This document shows, one piece after another, positions 44,201 to 57,115 of a stretch of DNA of 64,000 nt. Below the pieces are notes generated by a model. That model had not been told where the DNA came from. It saw nothing but the letters and a program-made list of their open reading frames with translations, and made no database searches. This DNA is from Flectonema sp. DT1601. Taxonomy: Eukaryota. The stretch covers positions 1 to 64,000 of the forward strand of contig OZ025788.1 in NCBI GenBank assembly GCA_964019425.1, in the 5' to 3' direction. Made by a program: the position numbers and the translations under genes. Numbering within the stretch: the first letter of the stretch is position 1; every line of letters starts with the position of its first letter.

Positions 44201-47200
44201 CGAACCTTTCGATAAAACAGAATCCTCCATTCCAGAGTATCCGACCTCAATGTGTAAACCAGTCCTTGAACAAGTCGGACAATTTGACATCACAGAAATA
44301 GTTCTGTCTGAGGGAATCGAACCCATGCTCATACAGTGTCCCCGCTCGCTATCAACACCAATAGGTATGGTGCATGCTTTTAAGATGGATGCGTTGTACG
44401 GATTCATCTCTCCCGGGAGAGGATTATTAAAGTAATTTGATATCTCTTTCCCAATCTCAGTGAAGTTCAACAACTCTAACGGAAGCGGGTAGTTCACTAC
44501 GGCTGTCGCAGTCCACCAAATATTAATTCGACCATCTGGTTGTGTAAGTCTGCCACAGGTGTTGTCGTTTAAATATCCGTCTTGGCAATTGTCACAGGCA
44601 ATGCCAGTCCACATCTCTTTACAGGTACAGATACACTCGTCTGTTTGTTTATTTAATGAAATGTCACCGTTAACACAATTTATGAGATTCTCACATCCTA
44701 AACATTTCGGATAGGCACTTTGAATAGTTCGACTAGCGTTGCACCTGTCACAGCTACTACCTTCATATTGTGGAGGACAATACTGACATTGATCACCCGT
44801 AAAGTTATTATCACAGCTGCATAAGCAACCATCGTTATTAGTATTTGATGTTACTGTTGTAGCATGAGATAATCCAGAACAGTGATGTTGGATATCACAT
44901 CTGATGCAGTGAGGGTAGTTAATATATCCTTCAGCACATCCATTACAACTTTGATTAAATAACGAAGTGTGGCATTTATTACATTCTGATCCAGTCCATT
45001 GATCTTTACAATTACATAAACAAATAACATCAACTGATGAAGGTATCGAATACAGAGTTGCGTGATCAGCTCCGGTACTGCAATTTGATTCAACGTTACA
45101 CAGAACACTTGATTCAGTGCAGAGTGTTCCACTCCAGTTGGGTTTGCAATTACAAACACATTCACTTAGTTCTTGTGAATAAATAACATTATTAGTTGTA
45201 ATTGAATTACATGGATACCTAGTACAGTCAACACACGATGGGTATGATTGTTGTGATGGTGACGCACATGAATTGCAATTGCTGTTGTATTTTGTGTAGT
45301 CACACGAAGAGCAATCTGATCCAAACCAATTATCAGAACAAACACATCGACAGTTATGAATAATAAAACCATTATTATTACAATGAGAATATATCGTACA
45401 AGGATCACATGTGGGATATCCTTCTCTAAATGATGAACACGTATTACACGATGAGCTGTACTTGTCAGGACAGGTTTGACACTGATCACCAATCCACTGA
45501 TCTTTACATTTACAATAACAGTTATCAGATGTGATTGTCACGGAGAGAGTTCCTATTTCATTACAGTCAGTTGAGATGTCACATTCTCTACAAGTCGGGT
45601 AATTAATAAAACCTAACTTGCAGTAGCTACAACTACCTGACGGATCGTTGTACTTGTCAGGACAGCTTTCACATGTCTGACCTTCCCAATGATTAAAACA
45701 ACTGCAGGAACAGTTTGAACTGTTGCCGTACTCATCATCAACTGACAGGTATCGACCTCCATTCTCACAAACTGGACATCTCAACGATAAACAATTAGAG
45801 TTTGGATGGTACTGTTCAGGACAGTAGTCACATGAACTTCCACTCCAATTGTTTGGACATTCACAAAGACATGTCTGTTGATCAGAAGAAGTAGAGACTT
45901 CAGCACCAACTCTACCAGAACAGTGTTCTGTAACAGAACAGGAAATACAACTAAAAGATTGCTTTACTAAACTAACTTGACAGCCGTCACAATTTTGAAT
46001 ACCTTCTGAAGTCTCTCTATGATAAGGATGTGAACAATCTGTGCAGTCATCGCCAGTCCAGTGAGAAGTACATTTACAGCTGCAGACACCATCAGTGATG
46101 TCACAAACTTGACCAACAGAACTTGCTCTACACAAACAGTTCTCTTTATCAGTAAATGATGTAGGACAGTACTGACATGAGTCTCCCAACCAACTGTTTC
46201 GGCATTCGCACTGACAGAGAGGTCCTAATTGGATTACAGAAGAAGCTCTGTTACTGCAGTCCTTTTCAACTGTGCACTTTTCATAAATACAATTTGATTC
46301 TACTGTGTGTGACAGACACTTATCACAATTAGTACCACTCCAGTTGTTTACACATTTACAGAAGCATCCATTTCCTGTTTCATCAGCCGATACGAATGTC
46401 GCTCTTCCATTGCAGTCTTCGTTGATGGAACAGACTCGACAGTTGGGATATCCAATTCTGTTGTTGCTGCAGATGTCACAACCTGTTTGTTATTTTATTT
46501 AAATATTTTCATTCTTTATTTGATTACTAAAGAAGAACAAAGAAGACGTACCAACTCCAGTGAACTGACTTGGACAGATGTCACAGGCTGCACCACTCCA
46601 GTGACCTTTACATGAGCACACGCACTGATTTCTGTCAGTATTTGATGTGATGTTTCTGTAAGCACGATTCTCGTCTACACATTCAGAAGTGAATGTGCAC
46701 TGCGAACAGGTTGGGTAGTTGATATACCCTGCGGCACAGCTGTCGCAAGCACTGCCTGAGTACTTATCGCGACACATTGAACAACCATTTCTATTACTGT
46801 TTGGAGCGTGTGTACCTTCCCAAGAATTGTAACAGATACATCCACAGTGTGACTGTGTTCCTGTTGTTGTTTTATATTAAGGAATTCTTACTGAGCGTCA
46901 CATTGTTATTAACATACCTGACTGTTGTGTATGACCATGATCAGTACCACTACACTGAGTGTCTGTACAAGGGTAGCACTGGCCGTGTTGTTCGAAGTAG
47001 TTTGACGTGCACGTCGCACATCTGTCGGAACCTTTCCATGCTGGTTGGCAATCACACAAACATTTTGTGTGTTGAGAGTTTGAATAAACTCTCAACGCGT
47101 GATTACTACAATAATCAAAACTACATTTATTACAATGTGGATACGTAATGTAGTTTAGAGCACACGATGAACACGTTTCCTGATTGAACTTTAAAGGACA

Positions 47201-47713
47201 ATAATCGCAATTTATTCCTTCCCAATGATCCAAGCAACTACTACAGGAGTGACCAGTAAATGGGTAATTACAATGACATAAACAAGACTTGTCTTCACGT
47301 TGAAACTCAACAGTGAAAGCTCTATTACTACAGTCTGTAATCACATCACACATAACAACAGTGAAACACTCCGTTGGAATTGGAACTGAGTAAGTTGACA
47401 TTACCGGGTGGCGTTCGTTGCCTTGGTTATGAAATTCCCAAGAACCGTCCAACACAGCAGGTCTCGTTGTATCAAAATCGATATTTATATCACATTCTCT
47501 TATTGTGGTCCAGTATGTTATTGATTGGCATTCCGCTCCAATACTTTCACAGCTTGCTTTACATCGATCTACATTGCTCTCTTCTCTGTTGTAATAATTT
47601 AATCGATTACCAGATGCTCCAAGACACAGACCATTGCCATTCTTCACCCAGTTCGATCCCGAGGATAGCTGTACAGCTGCGGTAATAACCAAGACAGATG
47701 TCTTGTTTCCCAT
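38209..47713 (-). CDS. Giant (~3100 aa) surface protein: signal peptide, PAN-like domain, laminin-EGF-like repeats, Cys repeats, multi-pass TM region. Exons 47713-46918, 46860-46552, 46482-39718, 39641-38209
   Basis: GT-AG introns 46917-46861, 46551-46483 and 39717-39642 join four listed ORFs in frame (9303 nt). Repeated C-x-C-x3-W-x-G-x2-C-x2-C motifs. Confidence 0.85.
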
Positions 47714-47818
47714 GTTTTCATATTGTGTTGGGGAAGGAGTGGCGATCTAAAATGAAATAATAATAATAAACAAATCACCGCAAACAACACAACAGTAATA
47801 TCGAATCGAATAGTAATA

Positions 47819-49786
47819 TCAGTCCTCGTAGAGCAATATTTTAAAAACATCTCTCACAGTGATGTCATCCAACTGCCTGGTGTCGATTTCAACAACTGAT
47901 GGGGAGTACAACTGATGAGGTAACCACATCATAACGTCAGATATAAAACTGTTAAAGGATGGATTTAAGATCGCTTCCCAATCCAATTGAATTCCGTCCG
48001 GCAATGAGATGACTTGCCTTCTGTTAGTGTAAACCATTCCCTGAAGTGTAGTTAGGGAACACGCAGCTGATCCTCTTGTGAGAGGCTGAAAATTTGCAAA
48101 GTAGTAGTAGCACTGAAGAGCTGATTTTAGTGTGCCAGATGACTTCCATTTTCTCACATATTTACGAAGTAGTTTCGTATAACAACTCGTCCTTCTCGGA
48201 GTGGAGGCAGTTCTGATAGCGAGCACCACAGTCTTCCCACCGTCACTAGAACTCACTACTATTCTCGTGCCTTCAGCAAGGCAGCTTTTTTGATCGCTCA
48301 GCCTCGTTATTACCTGAATATTGAACCCAAACACTTGATACAAGGTTTTGATATTTCCAACTGTTTCTAACTGTTCAATCTGTTCATCGGTCATAATGTA
48401 CTGCCGTGGGAGATGATCTTTCAATAGATCGAGACATCGATCCCGGTAGGCGGCATATTTTGGGACTAAAAAGTCACCGATTTGAATGGGTGTTTGATTA
48501 CCTAATCCAGACTTGTATGATGTTGTTGTTAGAGAAGAGGAAAACTCAACGAGGTTGGAGACATCAGAGAGTTGTCTCCAAACGATGGCAGGTTGGAAGA
48601 ATAGATTCCAATCACATTCATCGCTATCACCTTCGAAGAGATTTTGAAAAACTAAGATCGCCATTCCAGATGCGATGTGTTGCCTTTTGTTTTTAACAAA
48701 TGCAGCTAACCCATTATACTGGAGTGACTCCCCGAGAGTGGCAGCTGCCTTGCGAAATTCAGAATGCAACTGACTCGACATTCTAATTTTTGAAGTGTCT
48801 TCATTTGTTGAATTCAACAGGAGATCGTCAACTGATATTTCAGAACTGCTTCCCTTCTTTGCGATCGCTTCCTTAACTTCTGGTGATATGTCCGCAAATA
48901 GTTTGATATCTTTCAGGGGTTTGTCTGCCACATTCCAAATAGATTTTACGATGACAGCTGCCGAGAGAGACTTATTACTTTTATCCTCGAGAAGTACCTC
49001 CAGGGATTTTTGAAAATTTCCCAAATACAAAAAAGAATAACTAATTAAAACAACTGACTCTGATGAAGTAGGACAGTTCTTCAGATTGACAACTGCTGAC
49101 GTGTCGCTGTTGTGGTATTCCTTAGTGGTACCAATTCGAATACACTCCCTGAAGTGACTACTTTGATACCTCGAAGACAGATGTCTGTTTGCCACATAAG
49201 CAACAAGTTCTTTATTAGAAGGGAATAAACTCAACGCCTCAATTGATAAATTTATTACTTCAGTGTTTCTTCCGAGATCTTGTAAGGCTTTCAGTAAATG
49301 AAAGAAGTCCGAGGCTGTTCGTTTGCTGGGAGGGATTTGATACAGTGTGTCAACCCCATGAAGTAGATTTCCAGAGTTTAAAAGTTTCTTTGATGTCAGA
49401 CGGATGTCATCATTGTTACCAGAAATAATATCGACAACGTCACTTTGAGAAGTTACAGAAAATAAGTCTGCATCAAGAAGAGCTGTTCCGGGGTATTTCT
49501 GAGTAGGAATCTCAGGTTTGGTTTGTTTTTCAACAACACAAAGAAGACACCATGACATTACTTTTGTGTATTCATCAACGACGTTATTCATCTTTGATGA
49601 TAATAGTTGTTGTAGTATCTCTTCTGAACTGTTCCACATTCCTAACTTCTGATAGCATCTTGCTATATTTAGTTGTCTCGTTCCCTCGTTGATACCAATT
49701 GCTTCTTCATAAGAAATTTTAGCTTTTGCGTAGTCTCCAGACTGTAGCAGTGCATTCCCTTCTAAACACTTAGCAACTGCTGTCAT
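47819..49786 (-). CDS. TPR protein, TTC13/SRFR1-like
   Basis: N-terminal TPR-like helices; C-terminal YYYFANFQPLTRGSAA and GIQLDWEAIL resemble TTC13/SRFR1 family motifs. Confidence 0.75.
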   Translation of the reverse strand: MTAVAKCLEGNALLQSGDYAKAKISYEEAIGINEGTRQLNIARCYQKLGMWNSSEEILQQLLSSKMNNVVDEYTKVMSWCLLCVVEKQTKPEIPTQKYPGTALLDADLFSVTSQSDVVDIISGNNDDIRLTSKKLLNSGNLLHGVDTLYQIPPSKRTASDFFHLLKALQDLGRNTEVINLSIEALSLFPSNKELVAYVANRHLSSRYQSSHFRECIRIGTTKEYHNSDTSAVVNLKNCPTSSESVVLISYSFLYLGNFQKSLEVLLEDKSNKSLSAAVIVKSIWNVADKPLKDIKLFADISPEVKEAIAKKGSSSEISVDDLLLNSTNEDTSKIRMSSQLHSEFRKAAATLGESLQYNGLAAFVKNKRQHIASGMAILVFQNLFEGDSDECDWNLFFQPAIVWRQLSDVSNLVEFSSSLTTTSYKSGLGNQTPIQIGDFLVPKYAAYRDRCLDLLKDHLPRQYIMTDEQIEQLETVGNIKTLYQVFGFNIQVITRLSDQKSCLAEGTRIVVSSSDGGKTVVLAIRTASTPRRTSCYTKLLRKYVRKWKSSGTLKSALQCYYYFANFQPLTRGSAACSLTTLQGMVYTNRRQVISLPDGIQLDWEAILNPSFNSFISDVMMWLPHQLYSPSVVEIDTRQLDDITVRDVFKILLYED

Positions 49787-52700
49787 CGGTCCTGTTATTG
49801 TAAAAGTAATTAATTTAGTTATCCCTGTCGTAAATTTTCTGTCACCTCCGGCTTCATCTCTTGAACATGAAGCGAGACTAAAGGATCGTTAGGCCATGCT
49901 TTCACACTGCAGTGTAACTTGGCAATTGACTCAACGAACCTTTTTTGTATTGTTTCCTGAGAGTTTAAAAAAAGTGAAATACCGAGACAATCGTACATTT
50001 ATAAGATCACAAAAATACGTGGCGTTTTTAAAAGAAAAAAAAGAATAATCCAGAAAAACAGTGCTAGAAGTGGATAAACTTGAAAAGAAAAAAAGAAAAT
50101 ACGACCAAAGGAAGTGCTATTGCGAAAGACATGAGAAAACTAAGAGATTTAATCGATTTAAAAAAAGCACACAAAACAATCCTTAAAGAGGAGGTACGTT
50201 GTGTTATCAGTGGTTGGTTTCCATATGATGGATTCCATACGCTGAACTCAATCAAGGAAGATTACAATAACACAACACATCGGAGAAAGGTAGTAATCGA
50301 TTTGAGAATATTCCGTTTCGCAGTGGCGCTCACAGCGGCACACGGAGGAAGGGAGGGAAAGGGAACTGGGATATCAATGAAGCAAGAGAAATGAATTTTT
50401 TTTTGTTTAAACAAAAACAATAATTTTTTAATTTTACATTAATCTTTTTTTAGAATAACAAAAAAAAAAAAAATAACAACAACACACGATACCAAGAAAA
50501 AAAGAACTGTTAAGTCAGTTCACGTCACACAACATCTTCAAGAAACAGTAATATAGGACAGGGCACACACTCAATGTAATGTGAAAGAGAGGAAGACACG
50601 ACGTATCATCGTCGCAAAAAGAAATGTAGATTATGTAACAAAATACTGGTGTCGGAAGGGGGAAAAAGAAATGGTGGCCTTCATGAAAGACGTTCATGAC
50701 GGACATAACTCCAATTACAAGAAACCACTAATCAGGATTGTATTCACAGTCGATAGGAGTTAGTTCGAATAAATAATAATTTATCAAAAGAAAGGTAGCG
50801 AATGAAGAACGTACTTCTGCTCTGAATGAAGTTTCGAAGAAAAAATAACATTCTTAAACGATTGCACTAACTTGTCTTTTCTCGGAAAAAAAAAAAAGGG
50901 AACCCTTCCATGTAGTTCAAATTAAGGAAGTTAAAAAATTCCCTCAACGAGCCATCACAATACAGTTTCACATTTTTGCCATTCACTTTAACGGAAATAA
51001 TAACACGAAATAAGTGAACTTAAACTCTAAAAAGAATTTAAGTAGAAACACACCCGGAGAAAAAACTTAAGGCAAGAAGAGGTAAAAAAAAAAATGTAAA
51101 GTTGAAATGCAACAATAAAAAGGGGCTTAATTATATAAAACAAATTATTGACATAACATATTCTGGTTTGGTTTTTTTTTTTTTTTTTTAAATTAAACAC
51201 TACCATTTCCACATTCTCAATCAAAAAGAACCAAATAAAGCGAATCGAAAAGAAAGCAAAATCGTAAATCCAGACGGAACAAGACAGTCTGTCAAATTAC
51301 GTTCGCTAATTTACTTTTAAAAAAATGAAAATCCCATTCATATTTTACACCTATCTCATTTGTTTTCTTGACTACCTTTCACTAGACAAAAGGCAGCCCT
51401 TATTACAAATAAAGAACAACAGGAAAATAGAAGCAAAAGGGGGATGGCCCACAAAAACAATATTCAAATCACACAAATTTTATCAAAAAAGAGAGAGGGG
51501 GAAAGAGTAATTTCAATGGAAGGTGCAAAGCTAGCAAGGTGGTAATACAGAAACCAATCAACCTGCTGCTGGTTATCGAACAAAAAAAGACAAGAATGGT
51601 TGCCCACTCAGGCAAACCCGATGTTATCGTTTCTTTCTTGGCTTTAATAATGTCGAACTGTTTAACTTAACAATTTTAACTACCCGACCAGAACTTCAGT
51701 TGAAGAAGTTTGTTTTGGCGTTGCCATGTGAGAGACGATCACATTTGACATCCACACAGATGAATTAAAAAAAAAGAGGGGGGAAAAAAAAAAAAAAAAA
51801 GAACCGTCTCTTTGAAGCACACTACACAAAAACTAAGTGCTCAAATATCAAATTTGGCTATGGAATGGATATCCAAAAAGTTTCATTCTTTTTTCCCCCC
51901 CCCCCCCCCCCTTCCTTTTTTTTTAAATTCTCTGGAGAATGCCAAGCATCCGTCTCCACAATGACATCACCATAGAGATACGAGGGGTGGGCACTGTTTT
52001 TCACATCAATGTAAAAAAAAGAAAAAAGAAAAGTCAGTTAGAAGGGGTAAATAAGAAATTAAAATAGCTAAAAAACAACGAATGTTTGAGTATAATACTA
52101 TATTTATGAAAATAAAAAATATCTGAATTATATCGGAGCTAACTAAAATAAAACTTTTAGTTATGATACATTTGACTAAAATAGCTTAAACAACTAAGGA
52201 GGAGTGCCGATGTACGAAACAACAAAAAAAACAATAAAAAAAAAAAAACACTCCCCTCAACACATTCAATTACACAATGCTCTGGTGAGAGATGACAATT
52301 AACAACATTAAATCACTCGGAAAACTTTTTTTTTTTTTTTCTCTTTAAGTTTTTTCTTTTTGATGGGTGTGTGTGCCATCAAATAAACACAGCAAGGGAA
52401 GAGACCCTCACTAAAAAAGAAACATAAAGAACAATCCAACAAACTGATGGATTTTAAAGCCCTACGTCTCTACTAAAACAAAACAATTTGACAGCCGATA
52501 GAATGAACAAGTCGAACAAAAAATGAATCTTTTTTTTAATATAAAACAAAATTAGCAATAATCGGTTCTCTTCGAGGATCCCCAATAAGTAGATTATTTA
52601 TTTATTATTATTTACTTACGAAGCCGAGGAACCAAAAGTCAGGAAAAGCTCAACAGGGTAACAGTTAGATCGCTACCAGCAACCGTGAGACTCTCACAGA

Positions 52701-53436
52701 CGATAAGAGACGTAACCTGAAACAAATGACTACCTAAACCCACCGCCCAAGATAGATCTTAATCTCCGAATTACTTTTGTTAGTTAGAGAATTAGAGATC
52801 ACGCATAGTAAAAATGAACCCAACAGCTAGTTAGTATTAATGATTACCAAGACCACGAGTATCGGTTGGGTAGCTGCAGGTTCTTTGTTGTTTTTTAAGC
52901 GAACAAATAAATTGTTTGTTGGGCCCTTGGAGGGAAATTTGATACGATGGAGGGAAGGGGAAAAAAGAATGAAAACACTACAAACTCGTAAAAAGAAAGC
53001 CATTTTAAAGGCATAAGTGTTTCTCAACTCACACTAGTAGGAATTCGTTCATCAGTTTTTTCTTTGATGCCAAACGTAAAAAAGATTGACAACAAAAGTT
53101 TTACACTTTTTTTTTTTTTTTAAATTTAAACCGGCGCAGCAGAACATCACATAGGCAGTGATTAACAACATAGGGGGGAAATGTAACACTCTGGCTTTAT
53201 GCACCAAACAAATCATGGAAGGAAAGTAATTGATGCCAGGATGGAAGGAAGCAGAGAATGGCATCCCAGGAATGCCTAAGAGTTAGGGAAGTTTTAAAGA
53301 ACCATTCAGATTAGCGTTATATCTCTTTGTTGAACGCAAGACAGAAATCCTGTCGCACGGGAGGAAAAATACACATTGACCATAAGAAATAAACGGCTTT
53401 TCAATCTGAATAGTTTCTTCTCCGACTATGTTGATA

Positions 53437-53475
<39 letters not shown>

Positions 53476-56400
53476 ACGTAGGATAATGGAACACACTGGC
53501 TCTGTATTTATACGAAGGTATAAGTGAACGAGATCAAAATAGGAGTACACTCGGAGACGAGGAAAAAAAAGAAGAAAAAATAAACAATGTAATGGAGTGT
53601 GAAGTGAATTCCCGCCCGACAGCGCGGAACGTGAAGACCTTCCGGAAAATCAGAATTAAACAAAAAAAAAAAAAAGAAATTAAAGATTTTAACTGAAAAT
53701 TCGACCAGGTTCGATCAGACAATAACAAAATAAAATTTTAAAAAATAATGATATAAAAGAAAAAACACAAACAACCGAATATCAGGATTGAGCCTCAGTC
53801 TTTATGATAAAGTAAAAAGGAAGAGAAGAGCAGCGCACAAGGCGACTTGTTCGAATTATGTAAAAAAAAGAAACTCAAAAAAGAAAAAAAAACCCTCGTC
53901 ATGGTCCCTCCTGTTTTTCAGATTATCCGGCACGTAGTACTCGGTACCTGACAATATGGTATCAAAACAAAGCTCAATGTGTTTTATTCAAAAAAAAAAA
54001 AAAAAAAGAATACAACATAACACACAACTGTGTGTGTTATGTTTTTTTTTTTCTTCTTTTCGAATTGACATGACTTTCCAAAAGACTAGGTGGCAGCGCA
54101 ACGCTTACACACACATCAAGACGAGATGAAATATTTCCCCCCTTTTATTCAACTTCATGTATACCTTCAGTAAAATTGTTTTAAGGGAAGAAAAAAAAAA
54201 AACGAAAAAAAAATAAGAACCCTTCATAATATCTGTTGCTTTTTTTTCATGATGCTTAAAAAAACCCGCCGTAATTGCGACAGGGTGATCACACTAAAAG
54301 ATAAGAAAAGAACAACAACACAACTCACAATTTTGTGTGTTTTTTTGCTATTATTTTTCAGTCAACATGATACTGCATTGGACATTACATTGCGCTCTAA
54401 AAAAAGGAAATAAAAGATAAACGTTAACTTGGGAAAATTCGAAGGAAAAATGTGTTTCTTGAATTAGAAAGAAAAACCCCAGAGATTAATCTCGGCATTG
54501 TGTTATATTTTGACTAACAGGTTAGTGAAGGCTGTTTTTTTCATCGTCTATCAAAAGTTTGTTGGGAGACTACGTCTTTGAATATACCCATCTACACAGT
54601 AGCATCACAGACACAGATGTAGTCATCGGCCTAACAAACGTTCTTAGAATCTGATTTAAAACAGAACAACTAAAGCAAAACAATCGATTGTAGAAGACGC
54701 CTTTTGAATGCATCGATTCCAACAATCGACTGATCAAAATATTATGTTTTGAGTTCATCGACGTCATCAGACGACAGAAGTAATAATTACTACTGAAAAA
54801 AAAAAATTTTTCCTTCTTTTTTTTGAGAACTCAAACAACATGAGAAGGCTAGGAAGTAAAATTTGGAGGAAAAAAAAAAAAAGAGAATTCCTCTGTTGGA
54901 CCGAAATCAACGCAAGAATTAACTTTTTTTTTTTTATTATTCAGTTACAGTTTTGAGTGGACTTTTCTTGAAGACAAAACGACCTCCAGTGTCCCCAATT
55001 AGAATAAGATAAGAGCAAACCAGTGACTCAAAAGGTATAAAAAACAATCACCTGGTAATTAAAAAGATGGAATTTAACAGACGGAAAAAAAATGTAAACG
55101 ACGAAAACCAACCTATTACGCTGCTCAAAAAAAGAAGTCAGTGATGATATTCACTTCAGGAATCCGTTTGAAAATAAGGAAAGAGAGATCGAAAGAATTT
55201 AAAAAAAAAAAAAAAGAAAGAAAGAAATCCGACATAATTGTCAGTTTTGATAGAGAAAAAGAGGAAAGTTTTTTTTGTAAAATCAATCACACTATGAAAT
55301 TACCTATAACACTACAGCAAGAAAAGAAAATCAGAAAAGCCATTCTTCAACACCTCTCATCATCAGCATGGTGTAGAAGTTAGTCAGTCAATTACTGAGA
55401 CTGCATCATCTCCTTCTCAGACTCTTAACAAGAATAAACTTATAAAACTTTATAATGATATAAATAACATGTGGAAGGGTACCTTATGATAGCACTGATG
55501 TCGTTTTAAAAAAAAAAAAGACTCCTACATCATCATCAACGTTTCTAATGTTTAATTGAAAATATGTCTCTTTTTTCCCCCGTTGTGCCACCTTGGCGTT
55601 GGTACACAAAAGATGAGTACACTATAAAGCAGGTACTACTACGAGAGTAGCAGTGGAGAGGGGGGAAAAAAAAAAAAAAAAAAAAAAGAAATCGAATTCT
55701 GCTCTGCTCTCTTTTGTACAAATTTCATTGTTTTTTGCGAAGACTATGCAGGTGAATAGTTCCAAAAATAAAAAAAAAGAGGAATCACCAAAAGTGGCTT
55801 CACTCAAACAATGAAATGGTCAATAAAATAGTACTAATCAAGAATAATAGAACACCCCTCCTTACCAAGTATTCCCCTTATAACAAGTAGTTAACAGACA
55901 ATACCAAACTTTAATAGTTTTGTGTCTGTCTGTCTTTTTTTTCTTCTTCTCTTTTTAAAATAGGGTAATTCTGAATTTTGCTAAGATAGGGAAGTAACTT
56001 GATGCCGAAATTAAATATTAGTCTCTGCTCAGGACCAATAGTTGGGTATGAGTTGAGGTTGGTTGGGGTAGAAATCACTGACTCTGTTCTGCTGCGTACA
56101 CTAGTTCCACAATAATACCGACGCAGTCTCCGACACAAGCTGCGACAAGAAGGGGTAATTTGATACTGCATTTTCAAGGGGGAAAACCCTCTTCAGCTCA
56201 TCATTTTTTTTCAGGGGGGTAGCTTAATACTAATATAAAGCAACTTGAAACCGGCTAAAACGAATACGGGTTCGGACAAAACCTGGTTGCAATGAAAAAG
56301 AGACCAACAGAAAAGGGGGGAAAAAAAAAACACAATGAAGTAATAATATAGAGCGAACAAAACTGATAGTGAGACTAGGTCTCTAGAAGAAGAAGAAAAA

Positions 56401-57115
56401 AGAAAATTTAAAAAGCAACCAAAAGGGATTCGAATACCATGATCGATGCAATGAACGTTTATAAAAAGTTTTTTTTTTTTTTTGTTATTTTTTTATTTCT
56501 CCCTTCACTGTAATCACACTTTTTTTTTTTAAAAAGAAGGCTTGGCAGCAGTTTTTTATTTTATTTTATTTTTTTTTGTTCCTTGAGTACTAACACAATC
56601 TCGCACAAGAAAAGTAGAATAGAAAAGAAGAGTTTTAACCTAAGAAGAAACGAAATTATAGGAGCTGCCTTATGTTTTTTTTTCATTTTTCTTTTGTGGT
56701 TGCTGAAGCAAGGCAAAAAAAGCAACACTAAAGGGAAAAAGAAAAAAAAAAAACATTACTGTTAGTTAGTTAGTTAGTTATTTAATCCAACGTTACTGTA
56801 TATTATGAGTGCTAGGTAACTCACAGTAACAGAGGACCCAATCCTTAGCCATATCCGAAGATTTCGCATGGATTGTTGAAGTAGCATCGACTGAAAGATT
56901 AATAAATACCAATCTCCAGCTTTCCGCCTCGCCTAGCTTATTAAACTATCGAACTAAAAAAAAAATAAAAAATAAAAAAAATATAAAATAAAATAAAATA
57001 AAATAAACAAAAAAAAAATTAATAATAAATAAATAAAAATCATCAAAATTAAAACGGGATAGAACAATTACACTGATAATATACTAAAGCACTCGTAGAG
57101 CATTAACAATTAACG

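Noticed and set aside
46780..46815. Possible extra micro-intron in the EGF gene
   Set aside because: The frame reads through (WEGTHAPNSNRNGCSMC) without needing splicing.
49800..56760. Short ORFs in the AT-rich region and a possible SINE near 52600-52820
   Set aside because: The ORFs are low-complexity products of poly-A/T tracts. No second copy or TSD for the SINE is visible in the window.
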